Position numbers and translations under genes: made by a program
Assembly: GCF_006345805.1 (NCBI RefSeq)
Contig: NW_021833119.1
Location: 1 to 64,000 of the forward strand
Length of the DNA: 64,000 bases
Reading direction: 5' to 3'
Source: Octopus sinensis
Taxonomy: Eukaryota
Shown here: piece after piece, positions 25,755-38,965 of the stretch
Layout: each line of letters begins with the position of its first letter
How positions within the stretch are numbered: the stretch's first letter is position 1
Notes under the pieces: generated by a model
What the model saw: the letters and a program-made list of their open reading frames with translations, nothing else
Told to the model about the DNA's origin: nothing
The model's database searches: none

Positions 25755-26140
25755 GCACGCCGGACAAAATGCTTAGCGGCATTTCGCTCGTCATAACTGA
25801 AGCTGTTGGAATTTTAAAAAAATTTAATACTTTGTTTTCTAAATGGTGTATGATTGAATTAGTTCCAATTATTCTGTGTTGTCTGCTATGTTCTCATTAT
25901 TGTAAAGAAGGTGGCAAGCTGGCAAAATCGTTTGCAGATCAGACAAAATTCTTAGTGGCATTTTAAATCTCACTGAGATCAACTTGGCTAATCATTCCTT
26001 CAGATTCTATGATTCTAAGTCCAAATTCCGCCAGGGTCGACTTCGCCTTTCATCCTTTCAGGTTCGATGAAATAGCTACCAGTTGAATTTTGGTGTCAAT
26101 ATAATCGACTAAGCAACTCTACCAAACTTTCAGGACAAGT
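25755..26140 (+). mobile_element. SINE family B fragments
   Basis: GCACGCCGGACAAAATGCTTAGCGGCATTTCG head and GTCGACTTCGCCTTTCATCCTTTC..GTCGAT core; related copies at ~23770-23890, 26960-27105, 39170-39359 (minus), 40860-41065. Confidence 0.7.
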
Positions 26141-26164
26141 ACCGATACAGAACGGAATCTTATT

Positions 26165-26730
26165 ACTTTATTTGTGCACAATAGATTAGACTGTTGGAAA
26201 AATTTCCTAACATGGGGCGGCAACAAGTAACCTTAGATACCAAGAACCTTCCTAAGTATTCTAGTTGTCCCTACTAATGCTGCTTTCTGGCGCTGCACTT
26301 AACTAGGTTTTATACCTATTTCCCCTACCCATCTGTTCAAGTCCTTAGGGATAGTTCCTAATGCACCAGGGGAGATATATTTGATCAGCACTTTCCAAAG
26401 ACTCTGTAACTCAATGGCTGGGTCCCGGTACTTTACTTATTTTTTCTAAACCTCTCGTAATGTCTTTCTCATCATTTGGGACTGTAAAGTCAATTAGCTG
26501 GCACTTTCTATTCTCTTTATTTTCTACTACTAACTTCTATTACTCTGTTAGTCTGAATGTTAAAGTCCCACATCTTGTACTTCTTACTTTCTTGTACTTT
26601 ACTAGGTTCATAGCATTTATCAGAATGGCCAAATCCTAGCTTTTTGCGTAATTCTCAGTGGATCATTCTCCCTAGGTTATCATGTCCTTTATTATATTCT
26701 TTCTGAGCCTGACTGTATGAATAATACCTT
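26165..26730 (-). pseudogene. Second, more decayed R4/Dong-like RLE fragment
   Basis: HDNLGRMIHWEL.KK..KMWDFNIQTNRVIE; LIDFTVPNDE; KYRDPAIELQSLWKV; GALGTIPKDL; KAALVGTTRILRKVLGI (several frameshifts). Confidence 0.72.
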
Positions 26731-26927
26731 TCTTTGATTTACATAACCTACATTGAGAATCATCCTGATTTTTTTATCAATTTGATCCTCAATGCTTGAT
26801 TTTGGGCTACTACGAACAAGCTATCTATCTTCTTTTCAGCCTTCCTTTCAGCAACAACAACTGTGCCTCACTATTTCTATTTGTATCATCATAATCATCA
26901 TCATTATTATTATTATTATTACTACTA

Positions 26928-26962
<35 letters not shown>

Positions 26963-27608
26963 GCGGCGAGCTGGCACAATTGTTGGCGCGTTGGACGAAA
27001 TGCTTAACGGTATTTCACCTGCCGCTACTTTATGAAGTCAAATTCCGCCGAGGTCGACTACCCCTCCTGCCCCAAATTCCAGGCTTTGTGCCTATAATAG
27101 AAAGGATTACTATTATCATTATTATTAATACTATTATTATTATTATCATTATTATGATTATTATTGTTATTGTTGTTTGTTATGTCATATATGCCTTTGC
27201 TGTAGCAAATCCTGTCACTTGCTACGGTTTATAAATTTCTCAATTTATATAATTAAGTAGAATCTAATTGTTATTCCGTCCATCTTTGTTTCAAGACGAA
27301 GAATTTGTCCAAAGACATTCTGACCAATTCCAGCTAGTATGTCCATAGCAATTAGCTTCCAAAATATAACAGGGTGCCATCATAGAATATTAATAACAGT
27401 AATCTCATTTAACAAAACTAAATAGTGCTGATAACATTAACATGTTATTAGTAGGGGTGTGTGTATATGCATACGTGTTAATATATATAAATATATATGT
27501 GTTTATATGTATGCGTGCATAAATCTATATAACTATCCATCGACCTATCTGTTTCTGTTTCTCTCATCCTCTCTTTCTCTGTATATTTATGCACTCACAA
27601 ATATATGG

Positions 27609-27660
<52 letters not shown>

Positions 27661-27706
27661 GTATGTGTATATATATGTATGTGTGTATATATATATATAT
27701 ATGTAT

Positions 27707-27737
<31 letters not shown>

Positions 27738-28404
27738 CATGTGTGTGTATACATATACATACAACAAAGGCAAACATCCACATTTCTTATAAACACTTGT
27801 TACAGTAACATTGTTTGTGATAATGATGATGATGATGACGACGCTGACGATAACTATGATGACGAGGAGAAGTAGATGCGCCCACTCCATTTGTTCCCGC
27901 TGATGATAACGACGATGATGACGATGATAATCATAGACATCATCATAATAAACATAATAATAGTAATAATAATATATGTACACTGCGACAATTATACTAA
28001 TGTCCAGTCACTTCGAACCGATCTCTGGCATTGCTCAGCATTGGCAGTTCTTCAGATCTATGGCTTTGTTGTTATTATTATTATTATTATTATTATTGCT
28101 GTTGTTATATTTTGGCTTTGCTTGACTTTGAGCAAGCTGCACCAAAGTATCAATCGGGGACGTCAAGAAACAAGATTCTTCATCTGAGGCTACGAAGAAA
28201 TGAAATGATGTTTGCGTACAAATAATAACAACAATGATAACAATAATAATAATAATTAATAATAATAATAATGATAATAATGATAATAATAATGATAATA
28301 ATAACAACAACAACAGCCATTACCCTGAAAAAGATTGCATGGGGAGGAATGTATTATAATTATTATTATAACTACTTTTATTATTGTTGTTGTTGTTATT
28401 ATTT

Positions 28405-28932
28405 CAGAGTGAGAGAGCAGTGCATGCTCTCAAAGTGACAGTGCAGTAAAATATACGAAGCCCAATATACCCGCCATGACTACCCGTCTGTTAAGGGTAT
28501 GCATCACTACCATATATGCACGACATGGTGGTTTCCCATCAAGATAAACAGCGCATGACATGGCAGGTGGGGCCCAGTTAGAATTTTCAGATTGAGTAGC
28601 ACATCCTGCTCAAAAGATCCCTGAATAAGGGTTGATTAAGGATGTTGAACGAAACACCCATGTTTCCAGAAGTGAATTATCCAAACCCCAAAGAATTCTT
28701 TTCAGCACATGGCTATGACACTGCCCCAGTACTTCTGCTCGTGATCAGAGATGCACAGATCGTCAGCCACCAAGAGACATGCTCAACTGATTAAGGTGAA
28801 ACAACTGACAAGCAAATCTGTGGTATTGAGCAGAATATTTGCTCATCTTTTATACCAAGACAAAACAATGTACATGATAACACTTCCAATCAGTTAAGAT
28901 CAGGAGTCATGAGAGCCTGATACTGCATCAAT
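28405..28932 (-). repeat. Unclassified ~530-bp complex sequence embedded in (ATT/GTT)n, probably a non-autonomous retroelement
   Basis: Non-repetitive, more GC-rich block with (ATT)n on both sides; no ORF recognised. Confidence 0.4.
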
Positions 28933-29399
28933 ATTATTATTATTACAATTATTATTATTATTACTACTTTGTTTCGCCAGACATAATTTTTCCCATTATG
29001 TATATTGGTGTCCAATGATACAGATAGCAACACTAACAAGAGTTACATCTCAATATCTGTAGTCTCCACTCCACGAATACATTTCTCATCCCGCAGAACA
29101 TCCCCAACCCTTCCTCCAATATTATTTCTGCTAACAGAGTCTGAATGCATACAATTCTATTTACGACGAACCCTCCAGAAATCGCAGTGTCCTCCCTACT
29201 TTGATCAGTTTTCATTAAGTAATGACAAGACCTTCATTAACGGAATGGAATTCGACATAATTAGTATGTATATATACTTCTTAGCTCTTCTCTTTTCCGT
29301 ATGGTCATCCAGGCGTTTTACATTATATATATTTACATATATGTGTGTGCCTGTATTTATATAAATATATATTTCACACACATACTGACACACACACAT

Positions 29400-29467
<68 letters not shown>

Positions 29468-29470
<3 letters not shown>

Positions 29471-29942
29471 GCAGGAGTAGCTGTGTGATAAGAGTCTTGC
29501 TTCCCATTCACATGGTTCCGGGTTCAGTCCCACTACGTGGCACCCTGTGCAAGTATCTTCTACTATAACCTCAGGCCGACCAAAGTTTTGTTAGTGGATT
29601 TGCTAGACGGAAACTGAGAAAAGCCCGTCGAATATATATATATATACATATATATATATAACGATGTCAGATCCTCGTTAGGGATTAAATAATCCCCAAA
29701 TTCCACTGGTTAATCCCTATCGTATAAGGTGAATCTCTCTACGATATATTAGGGATTATTATAGTAATACATATTGTAAATATGTATTAATAATACATAT
29801 ATAAATCGAAACAGATATGTAGGATTTTGGTATCTGCCAATTCTTTTAGAGCTATATAATTTATAATTTATTTGTATTGCTTTTATAAAAAATTGTCAGC
29901 CTCATTATATCATACAAATAAATTATTTATACATCCATAATG

Positions 29943-30019
<77 letters not shown>

Positions 30020-30212
30020 ATTGAGGTGTATTCTGTGAAGAACGTATTAGAGTACAAAATAGAGGTGGTTCACCTTTAGAATGTGAAAAATAAAAAGAAA
30101 AGAATATACCGTTGCTTGATTTAAATTTAAATCTTGTATATATGTGGATCCATGTTGTATCGAAACATGTTTAGTGGTCAAACAACTGTTGAATCGTATT
30201 CCCTCTTCCTTC

Positions 30213-30296
<84 letters not shown>

Positions 30297-30512
30297 CAGA
30301 GAGAGGGAGAGAGAGAGAGAGAGATGTATATATATTTACGTGTGTGTGTGTGTGTGTGTTTGTCTATGTTTGTCACCCCACCATCACTTAACAAACAATC
30401 TTGGTTTTTTATATAGCCGTAACTTAGCGGTTCAGCAAAGGAACTGATAGATTACATAGAATAAGTCCTGGGGTAGATTTATTTGACTAAAATCCTCTAA
30501 TGTGTTGCTCCA
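29468..30512 (+). mobile_element. Split SINE family A (5' half 29468-29632, 3' half ~30365-30512)
   Basis: tRNA-like head with B box GGTTCAGTCC; the halves are separated by expanded (TA)n and foreign sequence. Another 3' half lies at 30700-30890. Confidence 0.7.
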
Positions 30513-30621
30513 TCATGGCCGTAGACAAATGACTAAAACACATAAAAAGAATAGAATACACTCACACCCATGCACACACACACAAACACATATACCTAAA
30601 TATACATATGTATATACGAGA

Positions 30622-30672
<51 letters not shown>

Positions 30673-30890
30673 ATATATATATATATATAGGTGTGTGTTT
30701 ATGTTCGTCCCCGCAGCATCGCTTAACAACCGATGGTGGTGTGTTTACGTGCCCGCAACTACGTGGTTCGGCAAAGAAGACCGATAGAATAAGTAGTAGG
30801 CTTACAAAGTATATGTCCTGGGGTCGATTTGTTCGACTAAAGGCAGTGTTCCAGCAAGGCCGCAGTCAAACGACTGAACCCAGTAAAAGA

Positions 30891-30964
<74 letters not shown>

Positions 30965-31111
30965 GATAGATAGATAGAAAATAAAGTTATTTTATTCCAC
31001 AGGAGTAGAAATATAAGAAAAAAAAGATGAAAATGCACTGAGAATAGTTAAAATATTTTTTATTAATAAATTTAAAGCTTTCCCCGATTAAAGCTTGTTT
31101 TTTTCCATATA

Positions 31112-32366
31112 CAGGGTAAGATTTTTGAGGACAGATTTATGTTTATAAAACAAAACATATAATAACAGATAATAACTTTATCAATTATCAAAAAATGCTA
31201 TGAAGATAAAAATAAACCTTCTTCCCTATAATGTTATTCAATAGAGCCACCTTCAGCTTCAACAACTGCTTCTATATGAGATCTAAATCATCTACATGCT
31301 CGAGTCAAGTGGTTCTGGGTCATTTTGGACATTACTCTGGCTATGGCAGCTTTCAAAGAATCTTTGGTGTTATGGATGTGTTCATTGACCTCTCTCTCAA
31401 CAATGATCTGCATGTTATAGTCCAATTCATTGAGATCTGGAGAATTAGGAGGCCAAGTCTTAGGGGTTATGTGATCAGGAAATTTTTCAGCTATCCATTC
31501 CTGTGTTTCTAGAGCCATATGTGATAGTGCAGAGTCTTACTGAAACACATATGGCCTTCCATTGCATACACTGTCTATCCAGGACTTAATTATTTCGAGG
31601 ATCTCAATGTAGGTGGTAGAGTCAACTCTAAAGACTCGTGGAAAGAAGTAAGGAGGCATCACATGTCCTTCATTGCTGATAATGCCTCAAACCATAACAG
31701 TTGTAGGAAATTTTGTATGCATAACACTTGGAACTTCAGAAATGTCTGCACATAACCATCTGTCATTTTTTCTGTTAACTTTTTGATCTTGGTTGTAGTT
31801 TTTCTCATTTGAGAAAAACCAAATCAAATCTTTTTCTGCTGGATTTTTCAGGTTGTTTAAGAGCCTTTGAGATCTGATGTAGTGATTTTCTTTTGCTTTT
31901 TTCTGACAAATTGACCTTTTCTCATCATATAAGACATATCTGATGTCTTCATGGATAACATTTCTGACTGTTCCTTCTGACACATGGAGATCTTTTGCAA
32001 TTGACCCCATGGACTTTCTGGGATTGTAATCAATGGTCTGTTAAACTTGCTGAATACATTCAGGTGTTCTGATGATTTCAGAGCGTAAAAAGAATGCTTT
32101 TTATGCTTTGATACTGGTGACACGTTTCCATCTTCAATCACTTGGTCCTTATAAACTTTGTAGGCGGAAGATCCGACAACTTTCAAAATTGGAGATATTT
32201 CTAAATCACTATGCTCAGCCTTTATAGCCACAATAATAGCAGGCCTCTTCATTTCTTGAGTAAGCAGACAGTCTGCCGTTACTATTTTCTGGAAAAAAGA
32301 TTATGCAGAGTTAGCAAAAAATGCAGCAATGACCCCAAAAATCTATGTCCTCAAATAACTTACGCA

Positions 32367-32369
<3 letters not shown>
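31112..32369 (-). mobile_element. DD37D/maT-type Tc1-mariner transposon relic with degenerate TIRs
   Basis: IAKDLHVSEGTVRNVIHED, WFFSNEKNYNQDQKVN, HTKFPTTVMV, WPPNSPDLNELDY; TIR-like CAGGGTAAGATTTTTGAGGACAGATTT at 31112 vs its reverse complement at ~32338-32369; TA at both ends. Confidence 0.82.
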
Positions 32370-32403
<34 letters not shown>

Positions 32404-33891
32404 TATGTGTGTGTGCCTGATCGTTTATGTATATATGAATGAAATGCACACTGACTAGAGATGATTAAAACAAGGTTGTAAAGCTTAACATTTAACACAT
32501 CCCTGCAAACTGAAACTTGCAAATGCATTCGGTGAGGTAACGCATTCATAAAAGAAAATGTCATTATAGACAATATACACAAAAACACCCCGTAGCTGGG
32601 ATGTACTAAATCACTGAATCTCTTGTTCATAGTGCTGTAAGACTTGACAAAACTTTGCACACGCCAGCACATTTATTAATTACTGTGTAATGGCAAGTTG
32701 GCGTTTATAAATACCACGCTAATCAGCAATGATAAAAATAGTGTAAATATACATTCAACATATCGTATAATATTTGTTGCATAACTTTTCTGTGTTATAT
32801 GATGACGTATGTTGAATGAACTATGCATATTTTATAACTGTGTGTTGCATAATTGTGCTGCGTAATAACTGTATGGTATGCCATGGCTCATGATTTGTAT
32901 AACTGAGTTGAATGGTGACTCAGGTGTATAACGACGTGTGGTGCGCGTTGACCTATGTTGTATGATAACTGTTGTATAATACTTTCTATTTTGATTGATA
33001 ACTCTGTACTGTTTGATGACTTGTGCGATGTATGATGACTTCCGTGATGTATGTTGCTTGTGTGATATGTAATAAAAATGTGTTGTATGATAAGTGCTTT
33101 TGGGCAAGTGATTGTGTGCCTGACGTTAATTGCACGCTGTCTGATCCCTGATTGATACTGTTGCTAATACTAATACTCCTACAGCCGCTACTGCTGCTGC
33201 CACTGCTGCTCCACCCCTTCCTAGTTTAAATTATATGTTTCTAACAAAGGCAAAATGCCGATCAGAAATCGATAAAGGAGTGAAGGGATTAGTCGAAAGG
33301 ATTGAACCGACCTCAAGTAAATGCTTAACACTTCAAATCGTCCATTTAAACCCTAGCCCAAAGATGAGGCGTGAAGTCGCACCGAAATAACATTAGATCT
33401 CGCAAATCTGAATGATAAAACTGACTGCTGTAACTCATTAATCTGAAGACCGTCCCGGTCAATCATGCCACTCTAGGGACCTCGTTTATCCTAAATTATA
33501 TTTAAAAAATAAACAAAACAATTGCCAGGAGAAAATAAATAGAAAATATAAGTGATAAACAAAAGGCCCGTAAGTCAAAAGAACGAGTGTGTGTGGTGAA
33601 GGCAGCGGTTTGTAGGGGAGTAAATATAGTGCAGCGGTGTAACAATGGAATGGGTCACCGCACAACAATAGCCCGGGTTGATATCTGCGCTACAAGCATC
33701 GATTTATTTTACAATAGCAATTTCGAATTGCTTCGACTGATTCTATATCTGACTTTTTTAGTGTTTTTCATCTGTATTCTAGGCTGTGTGTGTGTGTGTG
33801 TGTGTGTGTAAGTGTATATATATATATATATATATATATAAACACATGCACGTAAATATATATACCTATATACGTATATGCATGGGTATAC

Positions 33892-33925
<34 letters not shown>

Positions 33926-35356
33926 GCATATATATATATTTCACACATATACAGACACACACACACACATATATATATATATTTATACATACATACATAC
34001 ATACATACATACATACATACATACATACATACATACATACATACATACATACATACATACATACATACACACACACACACGTATACATGTATATATAGAT
34101 CTTAGCTTCTGTATGTAAATTTTTATGTATATGAGTCCGCCATGGGATATACGTTTCATTGTGTGCGTTTGTGTTGATGTATATACGTGTGTATATTGTG
34201 TATCTGTATACTGCTCTTCCTTTCTTCCGAAATATGTATGCCTGTTCATAATATAGATCGATGTACGCGTGAGTGTGTCAGTATCTGCATAGAAGTATAT
34301 GTGAATCTTTCTGTGTGTGTGTGTTCAGATTCAATTATCTCACAAGTGAATGCTTTAAGAAACTAACTGAACAAGAACGAATATATCGTAATCAATAGGA
34401 GCAGCAGCAACAGCGTGTTAGAAGTAGCAACGTGATGGAGAATTAACCTGGGAGACAAGGTTTTTATACATACATACATAGGTATATATATACACACACA
34501 CATATATACTCATGCGTTATCGTAGATATTAGTATAACTATTTGTAGTAAGACAGCCTATATTTATATATACATATGTCTACATATATATGTATGTATAT
34601 ATATGTCTATATATATATATACACACACACACTTATACATTAGTATGGTTATTAGTATATGTGTTTGTAGCACGTGTAGAGTTGTAAGTGTAGATATAGA
34701 CAGACAGACAGACACACATGCGTATTCACATTTACATATTGTTGCATATGTGTATATGTGAAATTATTTCTTTTTAATATATACTGTATAATGTGCTCAT
34801 ACGCGTAAATACATAGACACATACGCATAGATAAACACACACACCAATATACACACATATATACATAGACGAATATACTTATTATAGTTGTTAGTACATG
34901 TGCACAATATATATACAAAGTACATATATACACATCTATATGTGCGTGTGTAAATAATTATATTTATGTATATACGCATGTATATGCATATATAATTCAT
35001 TATAGATATTTCAGCTCGTTTAGAACCAATACAAATTCGAATTCATTCCTAATTAAGGCTCACGATCTTAATATCTTAATCTAATTAGTATTAAGAGTAA
35101 ACATACAAATAAATTTAGTATTGTTTTTTTTCTCCATTGTTCGTACTATTGTTTTTGTAGATACTCGCCTTTGCCGTTGTTTATTGAACATCAATGTACA
35201 GCTATGTATGTGTGTGTGTGGATTGATGGATGGATAGATAAATAGACACCTATATAAATATGTATGTATATATACTTAGGTATGCACACATATATATATA
35301 ATATATATATATACACACACATATGTATCCATACATATATATACCCATATACATAC

Positions 35357-35392
<36 letters not shown>

Positions 35393-35924
35393 ATGTGTGT
35401 GTGTGTGTGTGTATGCATATATGTCTGTATACGTATGTATTCGTTGAGATCTTACAAATGTAGCAAGTCAAATGTAACGAAATAGAATCTTGTAAAAATA
35501 TATACTTCAGTGTGTGTTACAGTAAGTGATTTTTTCCTTACACACACACACACACACACACACAAACAAACAAACAAACACACAAACAAACACTCACCCA
35601 CAATCTCACATCTGCAAACGTCTGCTTGTAAGTGTGCACATGCGCGCATTCATATATCTTGTATGTTATGGTACGTTACAATATTATATATGATATACAT
35701 TGGTAAATATATGGACATAGTTCTGAGTAACAGTATAAAATTCATAAGTATCAGCATATTTATACACACTTGTAGGTATCTATCTATCTTTATATATATA
35801 AATAAATATAGGGATGTTATTATTAAAATACCACCACAAGTGGTAAGCGAATTCTCAGCCGTACAGGCAAATTAATAAAATATATACATACAATATTAGA
35901 TATGCACATATATACACAAGGGTA

Positions 35925-36133
35925 CTACATGAGTACCTATATCGCTAATGATAAAAGTAAAAAAATACTTATGTACCACCGAATAGTCATAAATCTATTA
36001 CAGATAAGATAGGAAAAAATATCAGTGAACAATAATAATGTCCTACCTCAAATGCGTGAGAACAAGTAAATGCAGGTCAACCTAGTACCGGTTTCGAAAT
36101 TTAGTGCCAAATAGGTGCCTGATTTCTCATTAA
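35925..36133 (-). mobile_element. PLE-like 3' remnant with decayed hammerhead (36081-36133)
   Basis: Minus TTAATGA-GAAAT..ATTTC-GAAAC-CG-GTA; stem III ACCGGT palindrome; stem I not recoverable. Confidence 0.4.
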
Positions 36134-36161
36134 TCAAAGTCCGTCAGCTAAATCACTACTA

Positions 36162-36195
<34 letters not shown>

Positions 36196-36243
36196 TAGGA
36201 GAAATGAGGTACTCAGAAATTCGGATGGTTCTATAATTACAGA

Positions 36244-36664
36244 GGCGCAGGAGTGGCTGTGTGGTAAGTAGCTTGCTTACCAACCACATGGTTCCGGGTT
36301 CAATCCCACTGCGTGGCATCTTGGGCAAGTGTCTTCTGCTATAGCCCCGGGCCGACCAATGCCTTGTGAGTGGATTTGGTAGACGGAAACTGAAAGAAGC
36401 CCGTCGTATATATGTATATATATTTTTGTGTGTGTGTGTGTACTTGTTTGTGAGTCTGTGTTTGTCCCCCTAGCATTGCTTGACAACCGATGCTGGTGTG
36501 TTTACGTCCCCGTCACTTAGCGGTTCGGCAAAAGAGACCGATAGAATAAGTATTGGGCTTACAAAGAATAAGTCCCGGGGTCGATTTGCTCGACTAAAGG
36601 CGGTGCTCCAGCATGGCCGCAGTCAAATGACTGAAACAAGTAAAAGAGTAAAAGAGTAAAAGAG
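36244..36664 (+). mobile_element. Full-length tRNA-derived SINE (family A) inserted in the PLE arm
   Basis: A box TGGCTGTGTGG 36254-64, B box GGTTCAATCC 36297-306, internal (TA)/(TG), double-hairpin tail, (GTAAAAGA)3 terminus. Confidence 0.9.
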
Positions 36665-37920
36665 TTATTTGTATATTACATGTTTTTATACATCATATAA
36701 CTTATATCATATATTAGCGCTTTCTCCCATTCTAGTGGGGTTTTCAAATCGAACTAAGTTCTTGTGAAAAAGTTTTGACCATTTTATAGTGTTATTGAGT
36801 GGTGGGGAGGGATATAAGATAGTACAAGAGGGTGATGAACGGGGAGAAAGTGTGTGAGAGGGAGAGAGAGCATGTGTTTGTGTGCGTGTGTGTGTGTTTT
36901 TGTATTTGGAAGGAGTGTTAAAGAAAAAGAGGGGAAGGGAGAAAAGGGAGAGAGGGAAGAAGAAAACATTGTTTTGCTGGTTCCTTTTGTAGATGGTCAG
37001 GATGTTTACTCCAAGCGGGGTCTAAGATCTTGGGGAAAAGAATTTAAGTTTTGACCATTTTATAGTGTTATTGAGTGTGTAGTGGCGGGAAAGGATATAA
37101 GACAGTGCAATAGGGTGATCAATGGGGAGAAAGTGAGAGAGAGCATGTGTGTGTGTGTGTGTGCGTGTGTGTGTGTTTTTGTATTTGGAAGGAGTGTTAA
37201 AGAAAAAGAGGGGAAGGGAGAAAAGGGAGAGAGGGAAGAAGAAAACATTGTTTTGCTGGTTCCTTTTGTAGATGGTCAGGATGTTTACTCCAAGCGGGGT
37301 CTAAGATCTTGGGGAAAAGAATTTAAGTTTTGACCATTTTATAGTGTTATTGAGTGTGTAGTGGCGGGAAAGGATATAAGACAGTGCAATAGGGTGATCA
37401 ATGGGGAGAAAGTGAGAGAGAGCATGTGTGTGTGTGTGTGTGCGTGTGTGTGTGTTTTTGTATCTGGAGGGAGAAAAGAAGAAGCAAAGAAAGGAAGGGG
37501 AGGAAAAGTAGACCATAAATTATATTTCCTTTTCATCATTGTCTTGTGAGAGAGTTTGTGCGTGTGTATGTGTAAGGAGGAATGGTCAAGTTGTTAAGAG
37601 TAATCAGTGTCACTTTTGTTTTTATTTATTTGCAACTGTAAATGGTTTTTGGTTTTTAGAAATTGGCCATTTCAACGAAGACTTGTCCGGAATTCTTTTT
37701 ATTATTGTTTTGTGGAGGTGTGTGTGTGTGTGCCTGTGAGTCTGGAAGGGGTGTCGTTGGAGAATGGAATAAAGAAGAAAAAAAAGAGGAAGAAGAAATA
37801 ATTGTGTTGATATTTATACCACTATATATATATATATATATATATATATTGGTATAAATATCAACACAATTATTTCTTCTTCCTCTTGAAAAAGAGCCTT
37901 TCTTGTGTTTTTCACAAGAA

Positions 37921-37978
37921 CTTAGTTCGATTTGAAAACCCCACTAGAAGTGGAGAAAGCGCTAATACATGATCTAAG
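37921..37978 (+). ncRNA. Type I hammerhead, U3-A8 variant (mirror copy 36701-36758 minus)
   Basis: Stem I CTTAG-T-TC-G-AT / AT-ACAT-GA-T-CTAAG with internal loop; TTGAAAA 37932-38; stem II CCAC-TAGAA-GTGG; GAAA 37955-58; stem III AGCGCT palindrome; CUA triplet, predicted cut after 37964. Confidence 0.65.
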
Positions 37979-38135
37979 TTATATGATGTATAAAAACATT
38001 TAATATACAAATAAATATCTGTAAATATAAAACCATCCGAATTTCTGAGTACCTCATTTCTTCTAATATAAAATACCTGTACATCATCTACAAACCTTCC
38101 AAATATATATATATATATGCATATCTATCTATCTA

Positions 38136-38194
<59 letters not shown>

Positions 38195-38965
38195 CGTGTT
38201 TCCCCGAATGTAGGACCCAGTCTTATATTAATTTTGAATCCAACAAACGCACTAGGGCTTATTTTCGGGGGATGTCTTATATTTTTTCGGAAAAAATCCA
38301 AGAATAACAAAAAAGTCTCATTTCCTCGTGCAAAAGGAAAAAAAATTGTTGAAAGGAAGCCTATGTTTTTAGTTATCAAAAGTTTATTTGTTTGTTTATT
38401 GTTTTTAGTCAAATTCAAGCATTTCGTCCTCTTCTGGAACATCGTTATAAATCATCAAACCCCGAACTTCTCACTGAATTTCTTGCAAATCCATTTCCTG
38501 TAGAATCATAGATCCCAATCACTCATGTTTGGCAATATAACTTTCCTTAAATGAGCACTTTTTGTCCAAGAACGCTGCTCGTAATTCAGTGGCAACTTTT
38601 GGTAATTTTATTCCATGAATTCTTCACCCTATTCACGACTTCTTGGAAGTCAGGTTTGACAAAGTTTCCACGCTAATTTCTCTCCCCTCTATATTCGATA
38701 TACTCATTTACTTCCATCCGCCAGTAATCCATGAAGAGCTTGTTTATTACAAGATCTAATGTTTGTGGATATGAAGCTAATCCCACATGAATCATTATGT
38801 GATAAATTCTTCTTTCAGAAAGAAAGGTTTCCATATCTTTTGCGCGATGAGTACTGCCCGAATCCCAGACTAAAAGACCTCTTTGAAATCCACGTAAAAC
38901 AAGTAGCATAGTTAAATCAACCCAGTTACTTATAACAGTTTGTGTACACCAAGCCTTTGTCATTT
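38195..38965 (-). mobile_element. pogo/Tc2-type DNA transposon, 3' half
   Basis: LLVWDSGSTHRAKDM..QTLDLVINKLFMDY (DDE_1-like); terminal CGTGTTTCCCCGAA..AGAC TIR-like end at 38195 after TA. Confidence 0.8.

Larger units (their letters stand above)
36189..38070 (-). mobile_element. PLE 3' region with triplicated ~279-bp segment and inverted terminal copy; hammerhead in both arms
   Basis: Left arm 36189-36243 + 36665-36770 is the reverse complement of 37909-38070; tandem units ~36770-37054, 37055-37332, 37333-~37470; minus-strand TPLGVNI (37001-37021) resembles the PLE endonuclease C-terminal TxxPxGLN motif. Confidence 0.7.

Noticed and set aside
29690-29830. Hammerhead 3' half (long AT hairpin, GAAAC-AGATAT-GTA-GGATT)
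   Set aside because: No recognisable CUGANGA-like core upstream; at best a heavily decayed relic.
33587-33811. Non-repetitive ORF (MCVVKAAVCRG...) as a possible host exon
   Set aside because: No recognisable domain or convincing splice sites; runs into (TG)n.
36244-36320. tRNA gene
   Set aside because: A and B boxes present but no cloverleaf or acceptor stem; it is a SINE head (same for 29468, 44328, 46853).
37879-37930. Alternative HHR register starting at TTGAAAA 37886 with stem GAGC..GTTC
   Set aside because: Followed by GATTT rather than GAAA and no NUH or stem I; the register at 37932 satisfies all elements.
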